A stretch of DNA of 64,000 nucleotides from an uncultured virus (IMG/VR IMGVR_UViG_3300017758_000001). Lineage: Duplodnaviria > Heunggongvirae > Uroviricota > Caudoviricetes. The DNA lies in IMG/VR virus record IMGVR_UViG_3300017758_000001. One strand, written 5' to 3'. The notes beneath the pieces are model-generated. The model was not told the origin of the DNA. It made no database searches and saw only the letters and a list, made by a program, of their open reading frames with translations. The translations under genes were made by a program, and so were the position numbers. Shown here piece after piece: positions 1-9,904 of the stretch; the first letter of the stretch is position 1, and every line of letters begins with the position of its first letter.

Positions 1-1589
1 AACTCAGTCTCTCCGTAATTTGTAACACCTGTTGTAATTACATTTTTATATGCAAAACCAGTAGTTTCTAATTCAGCAATACTAAATGTCTTTTCGTCCT
101 GAATAAGATCATATATATCACTATCAATATCAGACGTTGTCTTTTTTACAGTATCATATTCGTAAACATACTCATCAATCTTAATTAAAGGTTCGGGTGC
201 ACCTAAGAATCTTAAAAAGAATTCAATTGCATTTCTTGTACCTTTGGATTTATAGATGTGTGCGAGATTTACTAATACTCTTCTGTAGAATTCTATTTCT
301 GCTTCAACTACGTTTTTACCAAGACCAACACCTTCGTACTGACTATCAATTCTTGAATAAAGGATGTCCTCTAAAGATTTATCATCAAAAAGTTTAACAT
401 CACTTAATCCAAGTGTGTTTGATAAATTTTTAAGAAGTACATCAGGAACGTTATTAATACCATCATAACTTACATTTCTCATGTGAGCGACGTTATCAAT
501 AAATTTTTTGATAGAATCAAAACTCTGTCCGTATAGTTTAAAAATAGACGCGATCCTTTGATCAGGTGTGTCAAATTCATTGAGAGAGGCAGTAGTTAAA
601 AATCTAACAATTAAATTTGATTTATAGTTGTCTATTTCTTGACCAACATCACTTAGTTTTCTTATGTAATCCACATAAGCGTTACCTGTGATTTTAATGT
701 TCCAACCATCTTTAAAGATTGGCCATGGAAACCTCAACGTTTTGTTTTCGGTTTTACTACCATCTAAAGAATCTTGTGGAACAACGAATTTTGATGTGTA
801 CTTAGGTGTCGACTCTCGGTTTAATAATACTGACTCTAAATCATCTAAGTTTTGGAAAAACTCCTCAACTACCGAATCAATGGGTCTAATTAGAAAACTT
901 TCATCATAGGTTGATGTAGTAAATGGTTTTCCTTTCACTTTTAAAGTAATCAGACCATCACTATCAACCTCAGTAAAACTTACAACATCATATGTTTTAC
1001 CTTGAATATCTAAAGTATACTTGTTAAAGAATTCGAAAAAGTTTTTAAACTTATTTTCTACTTCAGGTTGAGTATTACTTTTAGGTTTTACAATTTTAAC
1101 ATCTAATGGGTTGAAAATTTTAGAATTCTCAAACTTAAATGTCGTTTCGTATGTTTTATTGTTATATACTATATTCTCTGCAGTATATTGAGATGCCGAT
1201 ATTGGGGTATCTTTATCAATGTAAAACCCTGCAGGGAATTTTTTAATTATTCTACCAATTGATACGGATATTCTTTCTTTTAGTGATCCGTATAATGATT
1301 TACTACCGTTATCTTTTGATGAATTGAACTTAACGTCATTACTTTTAGAAGACCCACCCGAAGTTGTTTTTGGTGCATCAACCTCTTCTTTTAAATCATC
1401 AAGTGTTAAGTATTCTGAAAAGGGATTAGTCTTAAACTTTTTAGTGTCTCTTTGTGGTAATGTTTTTTCTACAGAAAAGTTAGTCGCAGTAAGTTGGCTT
1501 GACCCGTCGGTAATCTGTTTACCGACTAAGTTATCATTAAAGGTTTCCCTTCCACTAGCCGCTTGACTTGGAACTTTTCTTTTCGCCAT
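1..1589 (-). CDS. Baseplate wedge protein, gp7/P2 gpI-like (partial, runs off window start; absent from ORF track)
   Basis: ATG at 1587-1589 overlaps the upstream stop (TAATG). Manual translation MAKRKVPSQAASGRE... stays open to the window edge and contains HIYKSKGTRNAIEFFLRFLG, the K-G-T...F motif of wedge/tail protein I proteins. Confidence 0.65.
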   Translation of the reverse strand, partial: MAKRKVPSQAASGRETFNDNLVGKQITDGSSQLTATNFSVEKTLPQRDTKKFKTNPFSEYLTLDDLKEEVDAPKTTSGGSSKSNDVKFNSSKDNGSKSLYGSLKERISVSIGRIIKKFPAGFYIDKDTPISASQYTAENIVYNNKTYETTFKFENSKIFNPLDVKIVKPKSNTQPEVENKFKNFFEFFNKYTLDIQGKTYDVVSFTEVDSDGLITLKVKGKPFTTSTYDESFLIRPIDSVVEEFFQNLDDLESVLLNRESTPKYTSKFVVPQDSLDGSKTENKTLRFPWPIFKDGWNIKITGNAYVDYIRKLSDVGQEIDNYKSNLIVRFLTTASLNEFDTPDQRIASIFKLYGQSFDSIKKFIDNVAHMRNVSYDGINNVPDVLLKNLSNTLGLSDVKLFDDKSLEDILYSRIDSQYEGVGLGKNVVEAEIEFYRRVLVNLAHIYKSKGTRNAIEFFLRFLGAPEPLIKIDEYVYEYDTVKKTTSDIDSDIYDLIQDEKTFSIAELETTGFAYKNVITTGVTNYGETE

Positions 1590-2506
1590 TATTGAGTGAT
1601 ATCATCAAAGTTTTTAGTTTCATCGATTTCGTCCCTTTCTTCTCTAACTTCAAATAGTGTTTCATTGAACTCATCTTTGATCTCAAACAAGTTAAATTGT
1701 TTGTAAATATTGTTACTTCCATCGTAGATCGTGTATATACCATCAGACACTGATTTAGATTGGTTACCGTATAATGCGTATGCCAAAGTAGTGTCGTCAT
1801 GTTCAACCATATCAACTTCAATAGTTGTTGGATTGAAAAAGGTATTTGATAATACAATGTTTTGTGATGGTTCACCAATGAACGGAATCGTATTTGGTCT
1901 GTTCGATGGTGCCGATGAAGGAGTAACTGTTAAAAATAACAAATTTGTTGACTGATCAGTATATTGATACCTGATTGCCTTTTGACTTGAATTAGTCAAA
2001 TTAGATGTTATTGGGTTACAGAAAAAGGATGAGGTAACTACCCTATAGAAGTTAGGAAGTTTAGTACCGTCATTATTAAGATACTCAATTCTATATCCCA
2101 CTAATCCTTGTGGGGTGAATTTATTTCTATCTTCAGATGGTACGTTACTTAAATCAATAATTATTCCTCTTACCGATGGTAATGATGCTAGTATTCCACA
2201 ATCGGTGATTGATGTTCTAATTTGTTTCGGTCTGATGTGTAATGTGTACACCCCTAATTCATCAAAATCGGATGATTCCAATTTTAAGTTATAAAGTCCA
2301 CCGATAAGTTCACTTGTAGAGACACCAGTCTCAAGAGTATCGTTTCTATCACCATGGTAAATAGGGGTTAATACGTCCTCTGAATTTAATTTTTTGAATT
2401 GGACGGGAGACGTTGAGGTCCTACCAGAAACATAGTGAAATAATATTTCTATGTCTGACGGGGACACATCTGCGGGTCTAACCGTTCCATAACTACCTAC
2501 TGCCAT
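1589..2506 (-). CDS. Putative virion/baseplate structural protein
   Basis: 305-aa ORF in the baseplate cluster, preceded by a TATTTAT late motif (2522-2528); no catalytic motif recognised. Confidence 0.55.
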   Translation of the reverse strand: MAVGSYGTVRPADVSPSDIEILFHYVSGRTSTSPVQFKKLNSEDVLTPIYHGDRNDTLETGVSTSELIGGLYNLKLESSDFDELGVYTLHIRPKQIRTSITDCGILASLPSVRGIIIDLSNVPSEDRNKFTPQGLVGYRIEYLNNDGTKLPNFYRVVTSSFFCNPITSNLTNSSQKAIRYQYTDQSTNLLFLTVTPSSAPSNRPNTIPFIGEPSQNIVLSNTFFNPTTIEVDMVEHDDTTLAYALYGNQSKSVSDGIYTIYDGSNNIYKQFNLFEIKDEFNETLFEVREERDEIDETKNFDDITQ

Positions 2507-2534
2507 AATCTTGTTTAATTAATAAATATAATTT

Positions 2535-3449
2535 TTATTGTTTTTTAACTTCAAAAAATCCGTTTCCATAAACAGATAGTTCTCCGATATTATCTATTTC
2601 ACCTAACCTTAAATTCATTTCTAAAACTCCTTGCTTCCCTCTTTCGACGAAAATGTCCGAATAAATGGTCGGTTCATCTATAAATCCAATAAAATGTTCG
2701 TTCCTAGTTAACATTTTATTAAACACTTCTTCTTTTTGAAAATTAGTTGTAGAACCCGTTATTGTTGTGGTTCCATCATCATAATCTCTGTATGATAAAT
2801 TGTCTATTGTATATCCACTATAACTACCAACACTATCAGATCCTGTAGTCAATCCTTGATATGTATTCTCGCCATATTTTTTTAATTCACTTACTCTACT
2901 CCTACCCATAGCGGCAAAATATATTTGTGTATCACCTGTAACATTAGTATTATCATATTCGTTAATATAATTCTGAGTTACTGTAGACACACCTTCGTAA
3001 ACCATTGTAGTTGAAAAACTACCAAATTGATCTGTGACGGTAGTATTTTGTGGTACTGTTATTTTTTTCTTAATTCTTTTTTTAGTAAAATTTGTATCTA
3101 ATGTGAGGGTTGCCTCATAAGTTCCCGCAGTTGCGTATGTGTGTTGTTTAAAAGTTAAGTCAGTTCCTGAACTCACTGTTATGGCTTCGGTACCACCATC
3201 TCCCCAATCAATTGTGTATGTTTCACTTTTGATTACCTTCAAAATATCTCTATTAACTGTATTATAAAGTTTTACCGTACTATTACCTGTTATTTGGTAA
3301 TTGAAATTACAGATCTGTTCGACTTGTTCAATATCACCATCAAAACCAACCATACCACCCATCTCATCTGCTTCAGAGACTAAGTATACAGGTACATTAT
3401 GTGTTAATCCTGTTGTTGGTTTGTATATTTTATAAAAATTCTTTTCCAT
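2535..3449 (-). CDS. PKD-domain virion protein
   Basis: YTIDWGDG...HTYATAGTYEATLT matches the PKD Ig-like signature; structural context. Confidence 0.65.
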   Translation of the reverse strand: MEKNFYKIYKPTTGLTHNVPVYLVSEADEMGGMVGFDGDIEQVEQICNFNYQITGNSTVKLYNTVNRDILKVIKSETYTIDWGDGGTEAITVSSGTDLTFKQHTYATAGTYEATLTLDTNFTKKRIKKKITVPQNTTVTDQFGSFSTTMVYEGVSTVTQNYINEYDNTNVTGDTQIYFAAMGRSRVSELKKYGENTYQGLTTGSDSVGSYSGYTIDNLSYRDYDDGTTTITGSTTNFQKEEVFNKMLTRNEHFIGFIDEPTIYSDIFVERGKQGVLEMNLRLGEIDNIGELSVYGNGFFEVKKQ

Positions 3450-3452
3450 TGT

Positions 3453-4385
3453 TTAATCGGCTGATTCATTAGAGTCCTCAAGTTCTGAAGGTGCACTCGG
3501 TGGTGTTTCAACACCTTCCATTTCATAAAATTTTATGGGATTGTCTACTGTCCCTTTTCTTGTTCCATTATATGGGTATGAATTTGTCATTTCATATATT
3601 ATATAATGATATGTGGGTTCGCCATTATCATCTCTATAGAATTCTACCTTATAATAAAGATCTTCTTCTTGGGTAACTGTACTTGAATCTGCAATTGGTT
3701 TATTACCGAACAACATTTTTGACCCATCCGCGGCATTATAAAATTTTGCAGACATGTAAAAAGTACCCCCCGTTAATAGAGTCTCCTCTAAGACAGTATC
3801 ATCATGAAACCAAAAGAGGTACATGTTTTCTTTATTTCTCATACTTGAACCCATAAAAACGGGTACATATGATTTCTCTAATTTTCCTGTGTATTGGATT
3901 CTTTCTCCTACTGCAGGTGAAAGGTTTTTTGCAAAGACTAATCTCCTATTAGTCCTATTCGGAAGATCTCCGTTTGGTGTCTTATAGAACTCAAGTCTAA
4001 AAAAACTATTTCTAAGATCAGAGAGTAGTTTATCTGTCTGTTGTATTCCTGCCGCCATATAATCTAACCCATATGCATATGAACCGTCTTTAACAAAATA
4101 GAAATAAAACCATATATCTGTTTGTTCAACAGAAGTTACTGTGGTTGTCGCTACTTCATTTTCTTCTTCCGCCACGGACTCAGTCGGTGGTGGTGCTGCG
4201 GCACCTGATATATATGGTTTATGTATATACCTATTAGTTTCATAGTTTTCAATAGGATTTATAATACTTTCTAATACTTCATCTTCAAAAGTTTGGATAC
4301 TCTCGTCCCAACCTGAATCTAACCTAAAAGATTCATTCTGATTTAATATTATTTTTTGATCTTGTGAATTAATTCTTAATTTCAT
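3453..4385 (-). CDS. Putative baseplate/structural protein
   Basis: Start moved to MKLRINSQ (4385), directly after the upstream stop at 4387; co-oriented within the baseplate operon. Confidence 0.5.
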   Translation of the reverse strand: MKLRINSQDQKIILNQNESFRLDSGWDESIQTFEDEVLESIINPIENYETNRYIHKPYISGAAAPPPTESVAEEENEVATTTVTSVEQTDIWFYFYFVKDGSYAYGLDYMAAGIQQTDKLLSDLRNSFFRLEFYKTPNGDLPNRTNRRLVFAKNLSPAVGERIQYTGKLEKSYVPVFMGSSMRNKENMYLFWFHDDTVLEETLLTGGTFYMSAKFYNAADGSKMLFGNKPIADSSTVTQEEDLYYKVEFYRDDNGEPTYHYIIYEMTNSYPYNGTRKGTVDNPIKFYEMEGVETPPSAPSELEDSNESAD

Positions 4386-4386
4386 C

Positions 4387-6132
4387 TTAACATAATGAAT
4401 CATCATCAACTGAGAAATTAGAAAGTCCATCATTTTTATTCATGAACGTCTCTTCATTTCTTAGGTAAAAGTTTATGTCAGATTTGACGTAGTGTTGTCC
4501 ATTTGTAAAAGGATGGTTTACACCAAAACCATCGGGGTCTGTATAACCATGATCATATAAATCTCTCCACTTCCATTGATTGTTGTATTCATCATAGATG
4601 GAGTTTTCAGGTAAACCATGTATTTGGTTTGTGTTTGCAGTCTCAACATACGGAGATAGTTCTCTTAATTTAACTCTTTGGTGTGGTTGGTAATATAACC
4701 CTAAGGGGTTTGTTGTTGTCGACCCCACTTGAGGGTTAACCTGTCCGTGATTGAATATCGAATAGTCTACAGTAAATTTGTGAAAAGATTCAGATATAAT
4801 TGTTTCTTTGAAATCTTGTTTATTATACTCAACAAAAGCACCAATAAGTTCATCATTTTTTTGTAACTGAACTCCTTGAGTAAAGGTGACACCACTATTT
4901 GAGAATGTCGTAGATGATAGTCCTGAATTAGATCCACCGAAATTTTCATCGAAGTGATTATCAACCCAATCATTATGAAAGTTAAATTTCCAACCTAATC
5001 TTGGTGGATAATTAAAATACCCGTTTCCATTCTTAAAAACTGTGGTAACATATAAATCAGTGATAGTGTATCCTAAATTATTATTCAGTCCCTTAATGTC
5101 GATTTCATCTTTGAAATGGTAAAGTATTGTTTCAGGTCTATTTTGTACTGTATACACATCATTTCTATTATCTGCAGTTTCAAACTGTAATTTTCTTTCT
5201 ATTTCAAAGACAGGTGTTTCAAAACCTGTTCTATCTATTATACAACCATCTGTGTCGGTCAATATTTTATGTTTGTGTACGTAATATTCTGATTTCGTAT
5301 CATTGATTCGTGTCTTGTCGATACATCTTTTACCAAACACAACCTCACTCAGTGATTGTGATGATGATAATGTAGATTTTTGTATGTTAATTACATATTT
5401 TTCTGAATCGAAGGTTTCATTTCCCACCGCAGATATCGGGAAGATTCTATCGGATTCACCACCCGCATTTATTGACGTTCCTGAAAGTATAACAAATTCA
5501 CCCTCTTTCATATTATGTTTTACAGGACTTACAAGTTCATAATATGATGTATATTCATTCACTCTAAAGGGTACACCATTAGATGCTGTAAAACTGTATT
5601 CAGTATCCCCCGATAGAGTGTATTTCATTTGGTGGTTAGAGTCCTTATCATAAACATATGATAGAAAAACATTCCAATTAGTTGATGCTACATCGATTTC
5701 ATCTATAGCTCGGTGTGTTGTATCACCTGTTAACACTAAATTTGGATTATATGTGCCCACTGTAGAACCCGTGGGGTTTGAAACTTGTCTAACATAATCG
5801 TTTCTAATCAACGCAAATTCATTATATGGTAGGTAACCAGTAAAGTCGGCATCAAGTCCGTCACCAATGACGTATAGGTTATTTAGAAGTGGTTCATACG
5901 TAGTGGTACCACTGTATGTGTTTCTAAATACCATATTCATCTTCCCATATATTCTATACTTGGTCGAATCATTTCTTTCTTTCCTAAATTGTTTCGCAAT
6001 ATCTAAGATGATAGTCTTATCACCCTCTCTCAATAAACTCTTTTCCTCCTCAAGGTTTATTCTTAAAGTTAAGTCTTCGGGTTCCGCCTTTTTGAACCTT
6101 TTACTCGGGGATACAATTTTCTTTTTTATCAT
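4387..6132 (-). CDS. Putative baseplate/structural protein
   Basis: 581-aa aromatic, beta-rich ORF overlapping its upstream neighbour by 4 nt. Confidence 0.5.
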   Translation of the reverse strand: MIKKKIVSPSKRFKKAEPEDLTLRINLEEEKSLLREGDKTIILDIAKQFRKERNDSTKYRIYGKMNMVFRNTYSGTTTYEPLLNNLYVIGDGLDADFTGYLPYNEFALIRNDYVRQVSNPTGSTVGTYNPNLVLTGDTTHRAIDEIDVASTNWNVFLSYVYDKDSNHQMKYTLSGDTEYSFTASNGVPFRVNEYTSYYELVSPVKHNMKEGEFVILSGTSINAGGESDRIFPISAVGNETFDSEKYVINIQKSTLSSSQSLSEVVFGKRCIDKTRINDTKSEYYVHKHKILTDTDGCIIDRTGFETPVFEIERKLQFETADNRNDVYTVQNRPETILYHFKDEIDIKGLNNNLGYTITDLYVTTVFKNGNGYFNYPPRLGWKFNFHNDWVDNHFDENFGGSNSGLSSTTFSNSGVTFTQGVQLQKNDELIGAFVEYNKQDFKETIISESFHKFTVDYSIFNHGQVNPQVGSTTTNPLGLYYQPHQRVKLRELSPYVETANTNQIHGLPENSIYDEYNNQWKWRDLYDHGYTDPDGFGVNHPFTNGQHYVKSDINFYLRNEETFMNKNDGLSNFSVDDDSLC

Positions 6133-9100
6133 AACGGACCAAAGTTTTTAACAAATTTATTCCAAGCCGTTTTTCCTGTTCTTAAACCAAAATAGAAGAA
6201 AAATGGACCCCCTATTGGGATTACAGTTTCATTGTAATTATCGTCTCCACAGTCTCTTATTGGTGGAAGTATACTACCATCAAAATAATGACTGTTTATA
6301 TTATCTGTTGGTGGTCCTCCAGCATCATTATATGGATCTGTTTCCATTAACGTTGGCGATGTCCATCCACCTTGGTATTTTGTTGTGTGAATTGTATTTA
6401 AAACCCAATCCTGTGCTTCTGAAGTAGAACCATTTCCACCAAAACCGTCACCTTTCTTATCCCATTTATAAAATGGAATATCCTGAGCCGTCTCAGTCAA
6501 ATTACCTACAGAATTAAGACATAACCTCATTAATGTTCCGTCCTTTTCAATTATTGCGGTATCTTCATCATCTTCTGAGAAAACAAAATCAACCCCCACA
6601 GGACCATAACCATCATATATAAACGCACCACCTGGTGGGTAATACGGACTTTCATCATTCTCATCTTCATAACCAAATATTCCCATTTGTGAGTTAAAGT
6701 TTAATAATTGAGCAATATCACCATCCATTTTACCGCCACCTCTTTTATCAAATAAATCCTTCGCTTGCAGTTTACCCCTTTCTTTGATTTCTTTAGATTG
6801 TATAACATATTCCATTAAATCATTAATATCCTGATATGATGTGGCACCAATACTTTTAGAAATCGAACAATTAACATCTAATTCGGGATCTACACATATT
6901 TCTTTTATAAACATATTTCTTGGTCCCAAATCCATAATTGTTGTTGGAAAAAGAATTTCACCGTAATCACCATTATTTTCACCAATAAAATTACCATTCT
7001 CGTATGGTGTTGCACGGTAATAATAATGAGCTCCATTATCGTCTGATTTTCTATATATCAAATCCCTACAGTATTTTGCTGAAGAACCACCCCTTCGTCT
7101 TCTAAACTGAAAGAAATATAATGACCCGTTTAACCAACTATTTGAAAATGTATATGAAGTAATTCCCGCACACATTAGTTTACCTAATAATTTTCTTTGT
7201 GAATAATCTTTTATTAAACGCGAGTTCCTACCCGCATCACCAACTATTGTGTAGTACCCATCTTGAAACTCACTATATCCTGATGCTGTACCTACACCGT
7301 GATATTTAATCGCGCACCTTCTACCTCTCGAACTACTCACACTATTGTTCTCAGGAACATACGCCGATATAGTAACATTAACGTTACTTGGATTAGGATT
7401 CGTACACTCATCCTCACTACCATCTTGAAATATGTCGTTAGGATACGAACCAAAACTATCTGGAGATTGTATTAATGTTGAATATGCGGTTGTTCCTGTC
7501 CATGCACGTAAACTCATATTATTACTAGCATCATATATTACATCATATTTTTCACACCCACTTTCCCCCGTTTCAATCGGATTGTCCGTCACCGTTAATT
7601 CGGAAACAAAATACACAGTATCAATTATAACTTGACCTGCGTTAGCCAATGCTGTACCAGGTATTGTTGCACTATATGGTGCACTTGTTTCATCATTTGC
7701 AAATAGAACGGTTTCATATATATCACTCATTATTCCACCGAAATTAGGTGTGGTGAAGTCTGCGTCTTCAGCATAGTCAGATCCGTACCCAACGAAAATA
7801 TATCCATATTGGTAATCTGATATAAGTACGTGATTTGCGGGGTCTGGATCAGATGTGTCCCATACCTGATCTTCAGTTATAAATTTTAGAATATAATTTC
7901 GTTCACTTTGATTACCATTAGGCATTGTTATGTAAAGACTCTCATTTGGTTCACCTAAAGTTTGGTTAACATCAAAACTGTGTGTACCCGTAATATTGGA
8001 ACCAATAGTCGTACCTGAATTTATGGCGTAGTTCTCTTCATCACCAGATGATACTACTATATAGTCCTCAGTAAAACCACCCGTACTTGTGGTTCCTTCA
8101 TCACCATCGTTGTTACACTCATAACAATCAGGATAATTAACGAGTCCGAGCGAACGTATAGTTGCCTTTTGAATATTCCGTGCAAATTTTGCAACTTTTT
8201 TAGATGCCTTTCTTAATAAACGTACATTAATTGCTTCTGAAATATCAAAAACGAGTTCAATAAGATTATCAATAACAAATTGTGTTATTAATAAATAAGT
8301 TTTTTCAAACCAATTAAGAATTATTATAATTAAAAATTTAAATTTAAAATTACTTACCGCATCATTAATTGGAAAGTATTGGTTAGTTTGTGAACAGTCT
8401 TCCTCAATTGAAGGTTGTATTTCTTTAATACCAATAAAAGATTCATTTTTATCTTTTGAGAAAAAATTAAATGTCTTTTCCCACCACCCTTTATTATGGT
8501 ATTGATTAATAAATGATGAAACCGTATATACTCTATTATATCTAAATGAATAGAACATATCATTTGAAAACCCATTATTATTAATTCCTGTAATGTCATC
8601 CATCGCGTCTGATGGATAATCGTCAAGGTCAGTCGAAAACGCGTATGATTTGGATCGGTTTGATTGATGTTCTTTAATTTGAGGTATTAAATATTTACCT
8701 CGATATTGTTTCTTTGCACCATTATCATTTTGTAATGATAGTCTAAATCTATATGTTCCTCTTGTTGGTATTCCTCGTTGAGTATTTTTTGTTTCTACTA
8801 ATTCACCAAACTCATTTGTAATTCTGTGACCCATATTCATCGGGACTCTAAAAAAGAAGTTACCGTCCTCGTCTACTTGTGAATCTAATTGTATTGCTTC
8901 AAGTATAGGTCTTTCATAATTAGGTGTGCCATCTGTATTTTCTTCGTATTGTCCCGTAAATCTAATAGTCTCAATATCCCCCTCACCTGTCGTGAGAGCA
9001 CACTTTTCACCCATTTGGTTATCGACATTACATCCGACCCTTACAGAGTCTTTTCCTGAATCAGTAAAAGTTCCACCCATCATAATTGAGTATGGTTCTA

Positions 9101-9845
9101 TTCTAATACCTTGTTCCGTGAGATCATAGTCGGTTCTTGTAATTCCTATTTCACATAGGTCTTCATTTCCCCAAAATGGATATACTTCAACTGTTTCTTC
9201 AAATGTTAATGTCTGTGGTAATCCTGCGATATCAGAATCACTCCTAAAGGTGTAATTGTTTTCAAACTTTTCTTCTGACACACCCTCATATATAAAATCA
9301 AATGGTACAAGTGATTGGCAACCCATGTCTGATAAATCCACATCTACGTGAATTGTTTGTGTACCAATAGGTACTCCCCATATCATGAAATCTCCCGCAT
9401 CGTTAGTTTTTGCTGTGTACTTATAATATTTTTCATAGACATATAATACCTCTTCTCTCGTGAGAATATCTTCTTGATCGGGAAATGTCCCTGTTGGTGT
9501 ATGTCCTGTGTGTTGTTTTCTTTTAGGAAACAAATTGTATTTGTAACCTTCAGTTGTTACATCTTGTGTTGACTTGTAGGGGTAAAGTGAAGAAACTACG
9601 GGATCCTGTTCATCCACATCATCTATAGGAACGAAAACTGAAACTCTCGCATTTGCAACTCCGAATCCTTTGTTTGCTGTTATTCTACCACAGACAACAC
9701 CGTAATCTGCGCAAATAGATGTGTATATATCTTGTTGCGTGAACTTAAGTGAAAGGATTTCTAAAAGATCATAATCCTGTTTTAATTCAACAGTTACCTT
9801 ATGATCCTTACCGATTTCTGTTCTTATTCGATGTTTCTGTATCAT
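6129..9845 (-). CDS. Large baseplate-associated structural protein
   Basis: 1238 aa next to the gp6-like wedge gene. N-terminal GVVCGRI...ANARVSVF...TNDAGDF suggests a beta-sandwich (carboxypeptidase-regulatory-like). Late motif at 9851-9857. Confidence 0.55.
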   Translation of the reverse strand: MIQKHRIRTEIGKDHKVTVELKQDYDLLEILSLKFTQQDIYTSICADYGVVCGRITANKGFGVANARVSVFVPIDDVDEQDPVVSSLYPYKSTQDVTTEGYKYNLFPKRKQHTGHTPTGTFPDQEDILTREEVLYVYEKYYKYTAKTNDAGDFMIWGVPIGTQTIHVDVDLSDMGCQSLVPFDFIYEGVSEEKFENNYTFRSDSDIAGLPQTLTFEETVEVYPFWGNEDLCEIGITRTDYDLTEQGIRIEPYSIMMGGTFTDSGKDSVRVGCNVDNQMGEKCALTTGEGDIETIRFTGQYEENTDGTPNYERPILEAIQLDSQVDEDGNFFFRVPMNMGHRITNEFGELVETKNTQRGIPTRGTYRFRLSLQNDNGAKKQYRGKYLIPQIKEHQSNRSKSYAFSTDLDDYPSDAMDDITGINNNGFSNDMFYSFRYNRVYTVSSFINQYHNKGWWEKTFNFFSKDKNESFIGIKEIQPSIEEDCSQTNQYFPINDAVSNFKFKFLIIIILNWFEKTYLLITQFVIDNLIELVFDISEAINVRLLRKASKKVAKFARNIQKATIRSLGLVNYPDCYECNNDGDEGTTSTGGFTEDYIVVSSGDEENYAINSGTTIGSNITGTHSFDVNQTLGEPNESLYITMPNGNQSERNYILKFITEDQVWDTSDPDPANHVLISDYQYGYIFVGYGSDYAEDADFTTPNFGGIMSDIYETVLFANDETSAPYSATIPGTALANAGQVIIDTVYFVSELTVTDNPIETGESGCEKYDVIYDASNNMSLRAWTGTTAYSTLIQSPDSFGSYPNDIFQDGSEDECTNPNPSNVNVTISAYVPENNSVSSSRGRRCAIKYHGVGTASGYSEFQDGYYTIVGDAGRNSRLIKDYSQRKLLGKLMCAGITSYTFSNSWLNGSLYFFQFRRRRGGSSAKYCRDLIYRKSDDNGAHYYYRATPYENGNFIGENNGDYGEILFPTTIMDLGPRNMFIKEICVDPELDVNCSISKSIGATSYQDINDLMEYVIQSKEIKERGKLQAKDLFDKRGGGKMDGDIAQLLNFNSQMGIFGYEDENDESPYYPPGGAFIYDGYGPVGVDFVFSEDDEDTAIIEKDGTLMRLCLNSVGNLTETAQDIPFYKWDKKGDGFGGNGSTSEAQDWVLNTIHTTKYQGGWTSPTLMETDPYNDAGGPPTDNINSHYFDGSILPPIRDCGDDNYNETVIPIGGPFFFYFGLRTGKTAWNKFVKNFGPL

Positions 9846-9904
9846 ATCATATAAATAGATTGGAACCTATTTTCCCTAATTAATAATAATACAGAAAAGA
9901 ATTT

